Shown: piece by piece, positions 1 to 7,988 of the stretch
How positions within the stretch are numbered: position 1 is the first letter of the stretch
Layout: every line of letters starts with the position of its first letter
Assembly: GCA_040386515.1 (NCBI GenBank)
Contig: JAZKFG010000002.1
Span: 15,074-79,073 of the forward strand
Direction: 5' to 3'
From: Patescibacteria group bacterium
GTDB lineage: Bacteria > Patescibacteriota > Minisyncoccia > Phycocordibacterales > CAIZLB01
Length of the DNA stretch: 64,000 nucleotides
Program-made: the position numbers and the translations under genes
Notes under the pieces: model-generated
The model's database searches: none
What the model was told of the DNA's origin: nothing
Seen by the model: the letters and a program-made list of their open reading frames with translations, nothing else

Positions 1-105
1 ATATGGTAGGAAATTGAGGAGTGTTAGAATCATAAGAGGTAAGTCTTAAGTATATAATTCTTCATGCAATTGTGTAAGATCATATGATATTCTTAGTACA
101 TTACT

Positions 106-573
106 ATGGAATTTACAGAACGAGAGAAAAAGAATATTGGTCGGGGATTTTATTTTAGTATTTTACTCAAGGGGATTATTTCCCTTGGTGAAATTGTTGT
201 AGGAATTTTGGCACTCTGTATTCCTATAACATACGTTATTGACCTGCTACTCAGATTGCCAAGTAATATAATTACGGTTCATGCAGTTTCGATTATGGAA
301 GACTTGGTGTCAGTAGGTGGAATATTTATTGCTGTCTATTTATTGAGTAGAGGGTTGGTTAAAATATTACTTATTATTGGAATGTTGAAAAATCAGCTTT
401 GGGCGTATCCGACTTCATTAACAGTATTAGCATTATTTGTCTTGTATCAGATGTATCAGATTTTCATGACGCATTCTTTGGCAATAGTAGCCTTAACGAT
501 ATTTGATCTTATTGTCATGTGGTTTATTTGGAAGGAATATGAGGTCGTTAAAGGTAATGGTGTTCAAAAGTAA
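106..573 (+). CDS. DUF2127-like membrane protein
   Basis: Four hydrophobic segments; 'SILLKG..GE', 'YLLSRGLVKI', 'LWAYP', 'TIFD..WFIWKEY' pattern typical of DUF2127. Confidence 0.7.
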   Translation: MEFTEREKKNIGRGFYFSILLKGIISLGEIVVGILALCIPITYVIDLLLRLPSNIITVHAVSIMEDLVSVGGIFIAVYLLSRGLVKILLIIGMLKNQLWAYPTSLTVLALFVLYQMYQIFMTHSLAIVALTIFDLIVMWFIWKEYEVVKGNGVQK

Positions 574-1968
574 TTAGTCTCTGAAATATTTGTCGAGATC
601 AATTGTCATAATTGTAACGTCATCCGTAGTTACACTGTTTTCTCTCATCCACTCGTCTAAAAGAGTTCTCAATTCTTCAGGGCTTTTTCCTGCCATAGAT
701 AGAGGGTTAAACATTAATTCATTTGTTGCAGGATTAATGGTCCAAAGATCTTTAAAATTTTGCTCATTTCTCTCGGCCACATCGTTCCATACTTTGTGCA
801 TCATTTCTTTTTTCTTATCACTATATGGATTACCTTCGTCATCATTAGTCGCATGTTTCCAATATTCACTACGGGCTTTAGTTACTTCGGGACTATGAAG
901 CATTACTTTAGTAATGAAATCAGAGGCAACGACAATTTTTCTACCAGGAGTATAAGGGATTAATCCTGTTTTTATTCTGTCAGTTTTAGGAATATTTACA
1001 GTATCATTTTTAATACCCACACAATGAGTCGCAGGATCTTTTAATGTTTCAAGAGTCTGTATGTCAGTATAGTTCTCATTAGTAATAGAATTATCTTCAG
1101 TTAATATTTCCCATGAAACTACTTCTCCATTTTCATCTGTATCAATGACAAAAAGGGGACTGTCACCAATAGATGTCCATTCTATCGTTTTTTCATTTTT
1201 ATCAATTCTTACTGAGACAAGAGTTGATCCTGCACCACCTTCAAGTTTTCCTGCAACTGATTTAATATCTTCAAGAATATCCCTCAATGATTCAGGATCA
1301 ACAATTTCTGATAATGTTTTTGTTAATGCATCAGCCGATATTTGCTTAGCAAGACGTGAAGATAATTCTCCTGAACCCGCTCTACTCGATATACCGTCAC
1401 AAACGGTTACGCATGTAATGTTTTCGTTTCTGTTAACTGAAAATGCATCTTGTCCGTGAGATTTATTGTAATGCACTCCCTCAATTTCTCCTGTTACTGT
1501 GTATACCTCTTCTTTATTTGGCAAATCTATTGAATCGATAGGTGTTGTAGCAGTTAATTCTTCTTGTGCCGGGTTTGTTCCTAACTGCTCTTTAACTGCT
1601 CGAAGTCGCGTATTTTCATCTGAGCGAAGTTTATTTCGTTTACTATAGTTTCGAACCGCTTCAATCATTTTCTTATATCTGGTTTGCGCCCATTCATTCA
1701 TTTCCGGATCAGTATAAATTTTAGGAATATTCATTTCTGTAAATATCTCAATCCCTTCTTCGCCAATGTCTGCACATTGTGCAGCAAATTCTCTGTCTTG
1801 TATCGGAATGATTTCAAGAAGGCTTGAAGGGTTTTTGATTTTAGTTAAAACCACTTCTCTCATTGAGCGAGGCATGTCTTCTAATACACTAATCTCTCCG
1901 GCGTCGTATCTTCGCGTGTATTCTTCAATCTTTGCATCGCTGCCGCTTAGGGGTTTATGATTTTCCAT
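574..1968 (-). CDS. PP2C/PPM-family phosphatase domain protein with long unknown N-terminal region
   Basis: Motifs GQDAF, VCDGIS, GSTL, IGDS, VVASD, DDVTI; extended -10 TGATATAAT 6 nt upstream of ATG. Confidence 0.7.
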   Translation of the reverse strand: MENHKPLSGSDAKIEEYTRRYDAGEISVLEDMPRSMREVVLTKIKNPSSLLEIIPIQDREFAAQCADIGEEGIEIFTEMNIPKIYTDPEMNEWAQTRYKKMIEAVRNYSKRNKLRSDENTRLRAVKEQLGTNPAQEELTATTPIDSIDLPNKEEVYTVTGEIEGVHYNKSHGQDAFSVNRNENITCVTVCDGISSRAGSGELSSRLAKQISADALTKTLSEIVDPESLRDILEDIKSVAGKLEGGAGSTLVSVRIDKNEKTIEWTSIGDSPLFVIDTDENGEVVSWEILTEDNSITNENYTDIQTLETLKDPATHCVGIKNDTVNIPKTDRIKTGLIPYTPGRKIVVASDFITKVMLHSPEVTKARSEYWKHATNDDEGNPYSDKKKEMMHKVWNDVAERNEQNFKDLWTINPATNELMFNPLSMAGKSPEELRTLLDEWMRENSVTTDDVTIMTIDLDKYFRD

Positions 1969-2022
1969 GTGTGGATTATATCACGATATGCTACTATCAA
2001 AATTAGTAGCACAAACAAAATT

Positions 2023-2676
2023 ATGAAAATAAAAGACCTTGCCTGGAAAGGCACCACAACTAAACAAAAGCGTGAACTTCTCGAGCTTTCTCTTGCTGAA
2101 AGGGATAGACTTGTTGCTGACGGAAAAGTCCGAGATGGCCAGCTTGGCTTGGCCAGTACGTGCGTTGATATTATCGGCACAGCGAATTCAGTCTTGAAAA
2201 ACGAAGATGCTTCTGAAAGGGAAGAATGGAAAAAGCTTCTTGCTGAGGCAAGGGAGATTTCTACTGAAGCTGTCGCAACTGTTGAAAATGAAGACAAAGA
2301 CGACTGGGCTCCGAGCGAGTTTGAGGTAGTTGGAGCTATTTACCTTAAGACTGCTGATGGAGATGTGGAAATGCTTGACCATGCACTTGAACTCTTTAAT
2401 GCTGGAGCTCGAAAGGCCTTAAGTCAGGGTAATAAGCCAATGGGTGTTCTTTTGTTAGGGCAAGTTCTCAGGACTATGATTGCCAAAGGAGAAATAGATG
2501 AAGTTAAACGGATGATGTACAGTTTCCATACCGCTATTATAGAAGCGGGTAAACTTACGCCAGAAGTTGAAACACGGGTTTACCGTGCTCTTGCTGAAGC
2601 GGTGAAGTTCGTTTCAATACAGGTTGCTGAAAATGCTGGCTTGGACAATCAGGCTCTTAAGGGCAAGGCAATTTAA
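2023..2676 (+). CDS. hypothetical helical protein (ORFan)
   Basis: Long ORF, ATG at 2023 after A-rich leader, followed by a hairpin. Confidence 0.55.
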   Translation: MKIKDLAWKGTTTKQKRELLELSLAERDRLVADGKVRDGQLGLASTCVDIIGTANSVLKNEDASEREEWKKLLAEAREISTEAVATVENEDKDDWAPSEFEVVGAIYLKTADGDVEMLDHALELFNAGARKALSQGNKPMGVLLLGQVLRTMIAKGEIDEVKRMMYSFHTAIIEAGKLTPEVETRVYRALAEAVKFVSIQVAENAGLDNQALKGKAI

Positions 2677-2689
2677 GCGGATTTTTTTC

Positions 2690-2730
2690 GGATGCGTATC
2701 CCTCTTAACGGGGGATGCGTGTTTTTATTT
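2690..2730. terminator. probable bidirectional intrinsic terminator
   Basis: atgcgtatcccc/ggggatgcgtgt inverted repeat between convergent genes, T-run after it on +. Confidence 0.5.
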
Positions 2731-3142
2731 TCTTAATATCCTTTACCGTAAGCCATGCAGCACCATTTCCAAATCCCGTTTTGTCTATATTAAAAGGAGT
2801 TTTTACATACTGAGCATTTTTTAGAAATATAAGAATACAGTACTTAGGTAATTTGCCCCATGTTTTTGGATCGGGATTTACAATGCAGATTTCTTTGCCG
2901 TATTTTGCAACAATTTCTTTTGCATCGGCAATAGTTGAAATGTTGAATTGAATAACTTTTGAAACTTCTGCTGAAGCTGTTATAGGTTCTCCTGAATTTT
3001 TAAAATATATAGTATCGTTTTCTTTGATGGTGTTCCAAGGTGTTCTTCTTGTTTGATACCATCGTGATTCAATAGTTTTTTCTCCTGCAACGATCTTAGG
3101 GATGAGATTCCAGGATTTAGTCATGATGGCGATGTGGTGCAT
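2705..3142 (-). CDS. ASCH/PUA-like domain protein
   Basis: 'KIVAGEKTIESR' = ASCH GxKxxExR motif; start reassigned to ATG 3142 (MHHIAIM). Confidence 0.75.
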   Translation of the reverse strand: MHHIAIMTKSWNLIPKIVAGEKTIESRWYQTRRTPWNTIKENDTIYFKNSGEPITASAEVSKVIQFNISTIADAKEIVAKYGKEICIVNPDPKTWGKLPKYCILIFLKNAQYVKTPFNIDKTGFGNGAAWLTVKDIKKIKTRIPR

Positions 3143-3232
3143 ATGGGTATATTTTAGCACCCTTGCTATTTCCAAGCTTCTTGTTAGTATTCGTCATAGG
3201 CTCAATAACTTAACCATAGAAACTATACTGCT

Positions 3233-3607
3233 ATGACCGCACTTACTGCTTTGGAAATCTTTACAAACCCTCATGATCTTTCGATCTCTGTCGCGCAAGG
3301 TGAAAAAAATGGGAAGTTTGGCTTGGCAATTTGCCGCGCGCTAGAACATAATTACAAAATTTTAATAATCACCCTACCTTGTAGGGAAACTCTTGATCTA
3401 ATTATTGCGTTCGTTGAAGAGTTGTTGATGGAGGCGGTAAACTTTGGTCTGGAAGAACAAAAGGATCCAGAAAGTTTGACTGCGGCTCTTGTACCGGCTG
3501 GGACGCCAGGTGTTTTAACAACTGATCTGATTCAAGCCATTGTGTCTAAGCTTCGTGAATGTCAGCAAGTGGATACGCTTTCGCTGGTGCCTGCTAAGGC
3601 CACATGA
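3233..3607 (+). CDS. hypothetical protein (ORFan)
   Basis: 124-aa ORF with its own downstream terminator. Confidence 0.55.
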   Translation: MTALTALEIFTNPHDLSISVAQGEKNGKFGLAICRALEHNYKILIITLPCRETLDLIIAFVEELLMEAVNFGLEEQKDPESLTAALVPAGTPGVLTTDLIQAIVSKLRECQQVDTLSLVPAKAT

Positions 3608-3630
3608 TCTTTTCTCGGGCAGGAATTTTA

Positions 3631-3664
3631 GGCTGGCGATATGGAAAATATCGCCGGCTTTTTT
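3631..3664 (+). terminator. intrinsic terminator
   Basis: ggctggcgatat-ggaaa-atatcgccggct followed by T-run. Confidence 0.7.
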
Positions 3665-3672
3665 AATGCTTA

Positions 3673-3732
3673 TGGAGGATGTGAGCTTTTCGAATCTCAC
3701 ACGGAGGCAAAGCAGTTTGCCTCCTCTCCTTA
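3673..3732 (-). ncRNA. tRNA-associated structured element, short (internally deleted) copy at tRNA-Ser
   Basis: Minus strand reads taaggag-A-ggaggcaaa CTGC tttgcctcc-GT-gtgagattcgaa-aag-ctcac-atcctcc; same layout as copies at 7307 and 11398. Confidence 0.65.
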
Positions 3733-3737
3733 TAAAC

Positions 3738-3767
3738 GAAAATAAACACCTAAACGGTGTTTATTTC
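3738..3767 (-). terminator. terminator-like hairpin 3' of tRNA-Ser
   Basis: gaaataaacacc/ggtgtttattttc inverted repeat; arms nearly identical to hairpin 11564-11590. Confidence 0.6.
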
Positions 3768-3773
3768 TATATG

Positions 3774-3859
3774 CGGAGGAGGTGAGATTCGAACTCACGG
3801 GACCATTACAGCCCTCCTGTTTTCAAGACAGGTGCAATCGACCTCTCTGCCACTCCTCC
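3774..3859 (-). tRNA. tRNA-Ser(TGA)
   Basis: Acceptor GGAGGAG/CTCCTCC, anticodon arm CCTGT-CT TGA AA-ACAGG, long variable arm, T-arm GTGAG-TTCGAAT-CTCAC, discriminator G; no encoded CCA. Confidence 0.95.
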
Positions 3860-3913
3860 ATGAAGTTATGAGACCTTGTGTCGACTAACGTATATGATAC
3901 TATCATAATATAT

Positions 3914-4354
3914 ATGAAATATCTAGGGATTGATTATGGCAAGAAAAAGATAGGCATTGCCAAGAGCGATGATGCAGGAAGCATAGCCTTTCCAGACAGT
4001 ATTGTCTCTCCTGAAACGGCAGTTCAAACAATACTAGACCTCTGTAACAAGGAAAATATACAGCATATTGTTATTGGCTATTCTATAGACTTAGATGGTC
4101 AGAAAAATGCCATTGAAAAGGATATTGAGGAGTTTATTTCAAAGCTTGGCCATGAATTTACTATACACAGATTCGACGAGCGCATGACAACCTCTGGTGC
4201 ACAGGCAATGTTGCGGCATTCATTTCAAAAACAAACACAAGATAAGCATAAAGCAAAAAATGCCAAGAAGGTGCGTGATCACACAAAAGACGATGATGCG
4301 AAAGTGGCAGCATATATGCTTCAAGGGTTTCTCGATATGCAGCAGAGAGTGTAG
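3914..4354 (+). CDS. ruvX: YqgF/RuvX pre-16S rRNA nuclease / Holliday junction resolvase-like protein
   Basis: 'YLGIDYGKKKIGIAKSD', 'FDERMTT', 'D..AAYMLQGFLD'. Confidence 0.9.
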   Translation: MKYLGIDYGKKKIGIAKSDDAGSIAFPDSIVSPETAVQTILDLCNKENIQHIVIGYSIDLDGQKNAIEKDIEEFISKLGHEFTIHRFDERMTTSGAQAMLRHSFQKQTQDKHKAKNAKKVRDHTKDDDAKVAAYMLQGFLDMQQRV

Positions 4355-4366
4355 TATACTACACAC

Positions 4367-4690
4367 ATGATTACATTTGATGACTTCAAAAAAGTAGAAC
4401 TTCGGGTTGGAGAAATTATTTCTGCCGTTCCAGTAGAAGGGTCTGAAAAATTATTATTACTTAAAGTGGACTTCGGAGAGGAAACACATAGAACTGTTGT
4501 TTCTGGTATTTCTCAATATGTTGAAATAGAAAAGTTTGTTGGCACACAAAAAATATTTGTTACTAATCTTGAACCGCGAGCGATTATGGGAATTGAAAGT
4601 CAAGCTATGATTTTAGCAGGGAAGGATGATACGACGCTTGGACTAGCAACGCTCGATAGACCAATTAAAAATGGCACAATGCTGTCTTAA
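4367..4690 (+). CDS. stand-alone tRNA-binding OB-fold (MetRS C-terminal/Trbp111/CsaA-like)
   Basis: 'ITFDDFKKVELRVGEI', 'NLEPRAIMGIESQAMIL'. Confidence 0.85.
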   Translation: MITFDDFKKVELRVGEIISAVPVEGSEKLLLLKVDFGEETHRTVVSGISQYVEIEKFVGTQKIFVTNLEPRAIMGIESQAMILAGKDDTTLGLATLDRPIKNGTMLS

Positions 4691-4704
4691 TATAAAATGT
4701 ACGT

Positions 4705-5703
4705 ATGAGCTCTTTTTTATCAAATATCACAAAGCACATTCCAATTCCAAAAAGCATGACATTCAATCATGCGGGTGTTGATATTGGTACCAACCATATT
4801 CGACATGTGGCATTTAAAAAAACTGGAGAGACAATTAAAATTAAAAATTTTGGTGTATACGAAATTCCAACTGTTGTACATACGACACCATTGGTTGAGC
4901 AAACTGAAATATTATTAGCGCTAAAAAAAATTCAAAAAGAATGCGGGTATAAATACGTAGAAGTATCTTTGCCAGAGGAGCTGGTATACATTTACACAGC
5001 TGATGTAGATGGAGCAGATCCTACATCTATTCGTACGCAAGTAGAGTTTCGAATTGAGGAAAATGTGCCACTGAAAGTGGATGAAGCGGTGTTTGATATT
5101 ACTCCAGTGATTTATATGAAGGATACAAATAAAAGTTTAGTTTCGGTTGCCGTAGTGGCTCGAAAAACAATTCAAGAATATATTGACCTGTTTCGAAAAG
5201 CTTCTATGGAAGTTGTTTCTTTCTTGGTGCAAAATCAAGCACTCTCAAAAACGCTTATTTCAAAGGATGATGCAGAGCCGTACTGTATTGTGGCTGTTGA
5301 AAAGAAAAATATTATTGTATCAATTGTAAGTACAGGAATTGTACTGTATACAGCCTCTATTGATCAGTCTGTCTTTACTGAAGATTTGAAGCTTGAAAGA
5401 AAAGAGGTTATGCAGGACATTGTAAATGATATTTATAAAATAGTTATATTCTGGCTTTCATATATTGAGAAAAATAAAGCCTATGGATTTAAGCCACTGA
5501 AAGCAATTCTTCTGAGTTCAACTCATAGAGACATTCTTGAATCTGATTTTGCGCATATGCTTGCGCACGAGCTTTCATTTCAAGTAAAACTGGCAGATGT
5601 GTGGATGAATATTCCATTTCCAAAAAATGCTGTGCCTGAAATTCACAAAAAAGATTCGTATCAGTATGCAACCGCTATCGGTTTAGCCATGCCTAAGATA
5701 TAA
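4705..5703 (+). CDS. pilM: type IV pilus assembly protein PilM-like (actin fold)
   Basis: N-terminal 'AGVDIG', 'IEENVPL..DEAVFD', C-terminal 'YATAIGLA'; followed by PilN/PilO-sized bitopic proteins. Confidence 0.75.
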   Translation: MSSFLSNITKHIPIPKSMTFNHAGVDIGTNHIRHVAFKKTGETIKIKNFGVYEIPTVVHTTPLVEQTEILLALKKIQKECGYKYVEVSLPEELVYIYTADVDGADPTSIRTQVEFRIEENVPLKVDEAVFDITPVIYMKDTNKSLVSVAVVARKTIQEYIDLFRKASMEVVSFLVQNQALSKTLISKDDAEPYCIVAVEKKNIIVSIVSTGIVLYTASIDQSVFTEDLKLERKEVMQDIVNDIYKIVIFWLSYIEKNKAYGFKPLKAILLSSTHRDILESDFAHMLAHELSFQVKLADVWMNIPFPKNAVPEIHKKDSYQYATAIGLAMPKI

Positions 5704-5713
5704 TACAAAGGTA

Positions 5714-6241
5714 ATGCTGTATCTTATTCATGATGAACAACGCAAAAAAATTATTGCAGATTACTATGCACGCATAGTGCAAGTAGTAACATGGTTTCTT
5801 GTTGGTATATTTATTATAGTTGGTATTTTGTCTTTGCCTACAATTCTCCTTTTACAGACAGAAGGGAGAACGTCTACTGATAAAATACAGCAATTGGAAA
5901 AAGATATTGAGGCAGCAAAATCAACAAGTACAGAAGAGCAAGCGGCTATTATTACAAATAAAATAGATATTTTACGACAAACATATCCGGTAAGTGTACA
6001 GGCTACATATATCGATTTGGAACGAATTGCAGAAAGTATATCAGGAGTTCATATCAATAGTATAAATGTAGACGCACTAACTAAGAATGTGCAAATCGTA
6101 ATGGAGGTTCGAGATAAAGAAGTGGCAAAAGCTGTAGTTGATGCCTTTAATAAAAGCAAATATAAAGGCGCCACTCTTCCATACTCAGTCTTAAGTGAGA
6201 AGGCAACATTTACGTTTGCTCAAAATTTAAAATATGAATAG
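5714..6241 (+). CDS. PilN-like protein
   Basis: Single N-terminal TM plus coiled coil, directly after pilM. Confidence 0.5.
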   Translation: MLYLIHDEQRKKIIADYYARIVQVVTWFLVGIFIIVGILSLPTILLLQTEGRTSTDKIQQLEKDIEAAKSTSTEEQAAIITNKIDILRQTYPVSVQATYIDLERIAESISGVHINSINVDALTKNVQIVMEVRDKEVAKAVVDAFNKSKYKGATLPYSVLSEKATFTFAQNLKYE

Positions 6242-6776
6242 TATAAAAAAATACATTTCAATAGCTTTCCTTATACTTGTTCTCGGAGCAGGGTCTTTCG
6301 GTGTATACATGATCAATCAGTATGTATTTAATTTTTCAGAAAGAGTGGTTGAGATAAATACAAAGCTCCAGACACTAGAAGCAACAAAAGCCAACATGGA
6401 ATTATTTACAAAATTCCTATCAAAAGGATCAGATGAGCAAAAGCAAATCAATGCATATATTTTAAGTGGAGATGATGTGTTTAATGCGATTACAGCTATT
6501 GAGAAAGATGGAAAAAAAGCTGGAATGTTTACTGGTGAGAATCTTGGTATTTCTTCTGTAGCAAAACGAGAGAATGTTACCCTAAAAAAGATTAATGCAG
6601 GAGAGGTTGTGGTGAATATGATTGTAGAAGGGAAGACAGATGATGTCGATTTATATATAAAGGCCTTAAATAATTTACCGTATGTTTCATATATTGAAAA
6701 AGTAAATCTTACTTTTACTGATAACAAAGCTAGAACTCGAGCGGGAATTACATTGATAATGACAGAAATTCTATGA
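6234..6776 (+). CDS. PilO-like protein
   Basis: N-terminal TM, coiled coil, C-terminal 'LNNLPY..IEKV' ferredoxin-like pattern; overlaps previous gene. Confidence 0.5.
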   Translation: MNSIKKYISIAFLILVLGAGSFGVYMINQYVFNFSERVVEINTKLQTLEATKANMELFTKFLSKGSDEQKQINAYILSGDDVFNAITAIEKDGKKAGMFTGENLGISSVAKRENVTLKKINAGEVVVNMIVEGKTDDVDLYIKALNNLPYVSYIEKVNLTFTDNKARTRAGITLIMTEIL

Positions 6777-7138
6777 AGCACACTTTTACTCTAAAAAAGA
6801 ATATTACAGGATTTAAACCAGAACTGCATTGGCAGATTATTCTAGTAACTTCATTCGTATTATTTTTATGTGCCATTGCATACAATGGGTATTTATATGT
6901 ATATGCAAAGAAACAAGTTGATTTGGCAGATAATGCTGTTAGTGCAACTACGCCGGTTAAGTTGAGTTCATTTGCATCGCCTGAACAAATACAAGACTCA
7001 TTTAAAGTGTATGAGGATAGAGGGGCAAAATATACAGAAATTATGAATGGCTTGAGTAGGGCAAATGTTGTTCAGGCTGCTGCAGTTGTGGCGACGACAA
7101 GTACAAGCACTGTCATTGCAACTACAACCAATCAATGA
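6773..7138 (+). CDS. membrane-anchored hypothetical protein, last gene of pilMNO operon
   Basis: ATGA overlap with upstream stop; one TM; Thr-rich tail. Confidence 0.55.
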   Translation: MKHTFTLKKNITGFKPELHWQIILVTSFVLFLCAIAYNGYLYVYAKKQVDLADNAVSATTPVKLSSFASPEQIQDSFKVYEDRGAKYTEIMNGLSRANVVQAAAVVATTSTSTVIATTTNQ

Positions 7139-7141
7139 TAT

Positions 7142-7173
7142 AAAGATTTTGATGTAGTAGCATCAAAATCTTT
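7142..7173 (+). terminator. intrinsic terminator hairpin
   Basis: aaagattttgatg-tagtag-catcaaaatcttt perfect 13-bp stem. Confidence 0.6.
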
Positions 7174-7187
7174 GTTAACCCCTGATT

Positions 7188-7259
7188 GCTCTTGTAGTTC
7201 AATGGATAGAACTGCGGACTTCTAAGCCGTTAATCTAGGTTCGATTCCTAGCGAGAGCA
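7188..7259 (+). tRNA. tRNA-Arg(TCT)
   Basis: Acceptor GCTCTTG/CGAGAGC, anticodon loop CT TCT AA, T-arm CTAGG-TTCGATT-CCTAG; no encoded CCA. Confidence 0.93.
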
Positions 7260-7268
7260 CAAACATGT

Positions 7269-7300
7269 AACAAACCATATCGAAAGATATGGTTTGTTTT
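7269..7300 (+). terminator. terminator-like hairpin 3' of tRNA-Arg
   Basis: aacaaaccatatc-GAAA-gatatggtttgtt followed by T. Confidence 0.65.
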
Positions 7301-7306
7301 CTATAT

Positions 7307-7439
7307 TGCTCTCGAGCAAGCCAACTGCTTGGCTTGCGTCTAGGAATCGAAAAGCTTTGCCTTATTTTCGAGCAACTATGTTGTGAGAAAATGGCAAAGG
7401 TGTACTGACCGTGTAACGGTCGAGAGCCTAGCGAGAGCA
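7307..7439 (+). ncRNA. tRNA-associated structured element, full copy at tRNA-Arg
   Basis: tgctctcg-A-gcaagccaa CTGC ttggcttgc-GT-ctaggaatcgaa-AAGC-[hairpin]-GGTGTACT-[hairpin]-gagag-cctagcgagagca; contains antisense and sense copies of the tRNA-Arg 3' end. Confidence 0.75.
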
Positions 7440-7469
7440 AGCTAATATTCTTCATGCTAAAATTTACAC

Positions 7470-7988
7470 ATGAAAAATCCACTCAAATATATCGTTCCAA
7501 CAATCTTAGTTATCATCGCTCTATGGTGGGGAATGAGTCAAGGAAATGCTATACAACCAATTGTATATGCACCAATGCATATTGATCATTCAGTATATGC
7601 AACAACATCAGAACATGTTGCAGGACAAACTAAAGCAGCTAAAATCATAGCAATTGATGGGGATAAAATTACTCTAGATTATATTGATATATTAAGCGGA
7701 GAGGATGCAGAGAAAGCAAAGTTAGCAGATGGTCATTGTACGCAAAAACAAATTGATGAACACGATGGGTGTTTTCCGAACGGAGTTATATATGACAGAA
7801 ATGTAAATGCAAAACTCAGAATGTTTACTATTGCTTCAAATGTTGAACTTACAACTCAATTTGCAACAGAAGAAACTCCTAAGATATATTTTGCAAATTT
7901 GAAAAGTAATATAAACCCTTCACCGTATATGGTTACTTTTAATGATGCGAGTGAAGTTGTTAAGCTTGTGGAGATTTATCGACCATAA
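7470..7988 (+). CDS. exported/membrane-anchored hypothetical protein
   Basis: N-terminal hydrophobic anchor; TGCTAAAAT 6 nt before ATG. Confidence 0.65.
   Translation: MKNPLKYIVPTILVIIALWWGMSQGNAIQPIVYAPMHIDHSVYATTSEHVAGQTKAAKIIAIDGDKITLDYIDILSGEDAEKAKLADGHCTQKQIDEHDGCFPNGVIYDRNVNAKLRMFTIASNVELTTQFATEETPKIYFANLKSNINPSPYMVTFNDASEVVKLVEIYRP

Noticed and set aside
4367-4690. MetRS split into catalytic core (30954) and free OB-fold protein
   Set aside because: A well-known arrangement (Trbp111/CsaA-like), not novel.
3233-7138. Possible alternative genetic code (TGA recoding as in Gracilibacteria/Absconditabacteria)
   Set aside because: TGA ends genes at sensible positions (3607, 6776, 7138) and conserved genes are uninterrupted under code 11.
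7427-7439. Direct repeat of the tRNA-Arg 3' end read as attR of a prophage or genomic island
   Set aside because: Only about 170 bp separates the repeats, no integrase is present in the window, and attL/attR does not explain the inverted copy; treated as part of the element.
7222-7482. Short ORFs overlapping tRNAs and tRNA-linked elements (also 3540-3785, 11321-11524, 11399-11593, 11630-11842)
   Set aside because: They overlap tRNA genes or structured non-coding elements and have no protein motifs; spurious.
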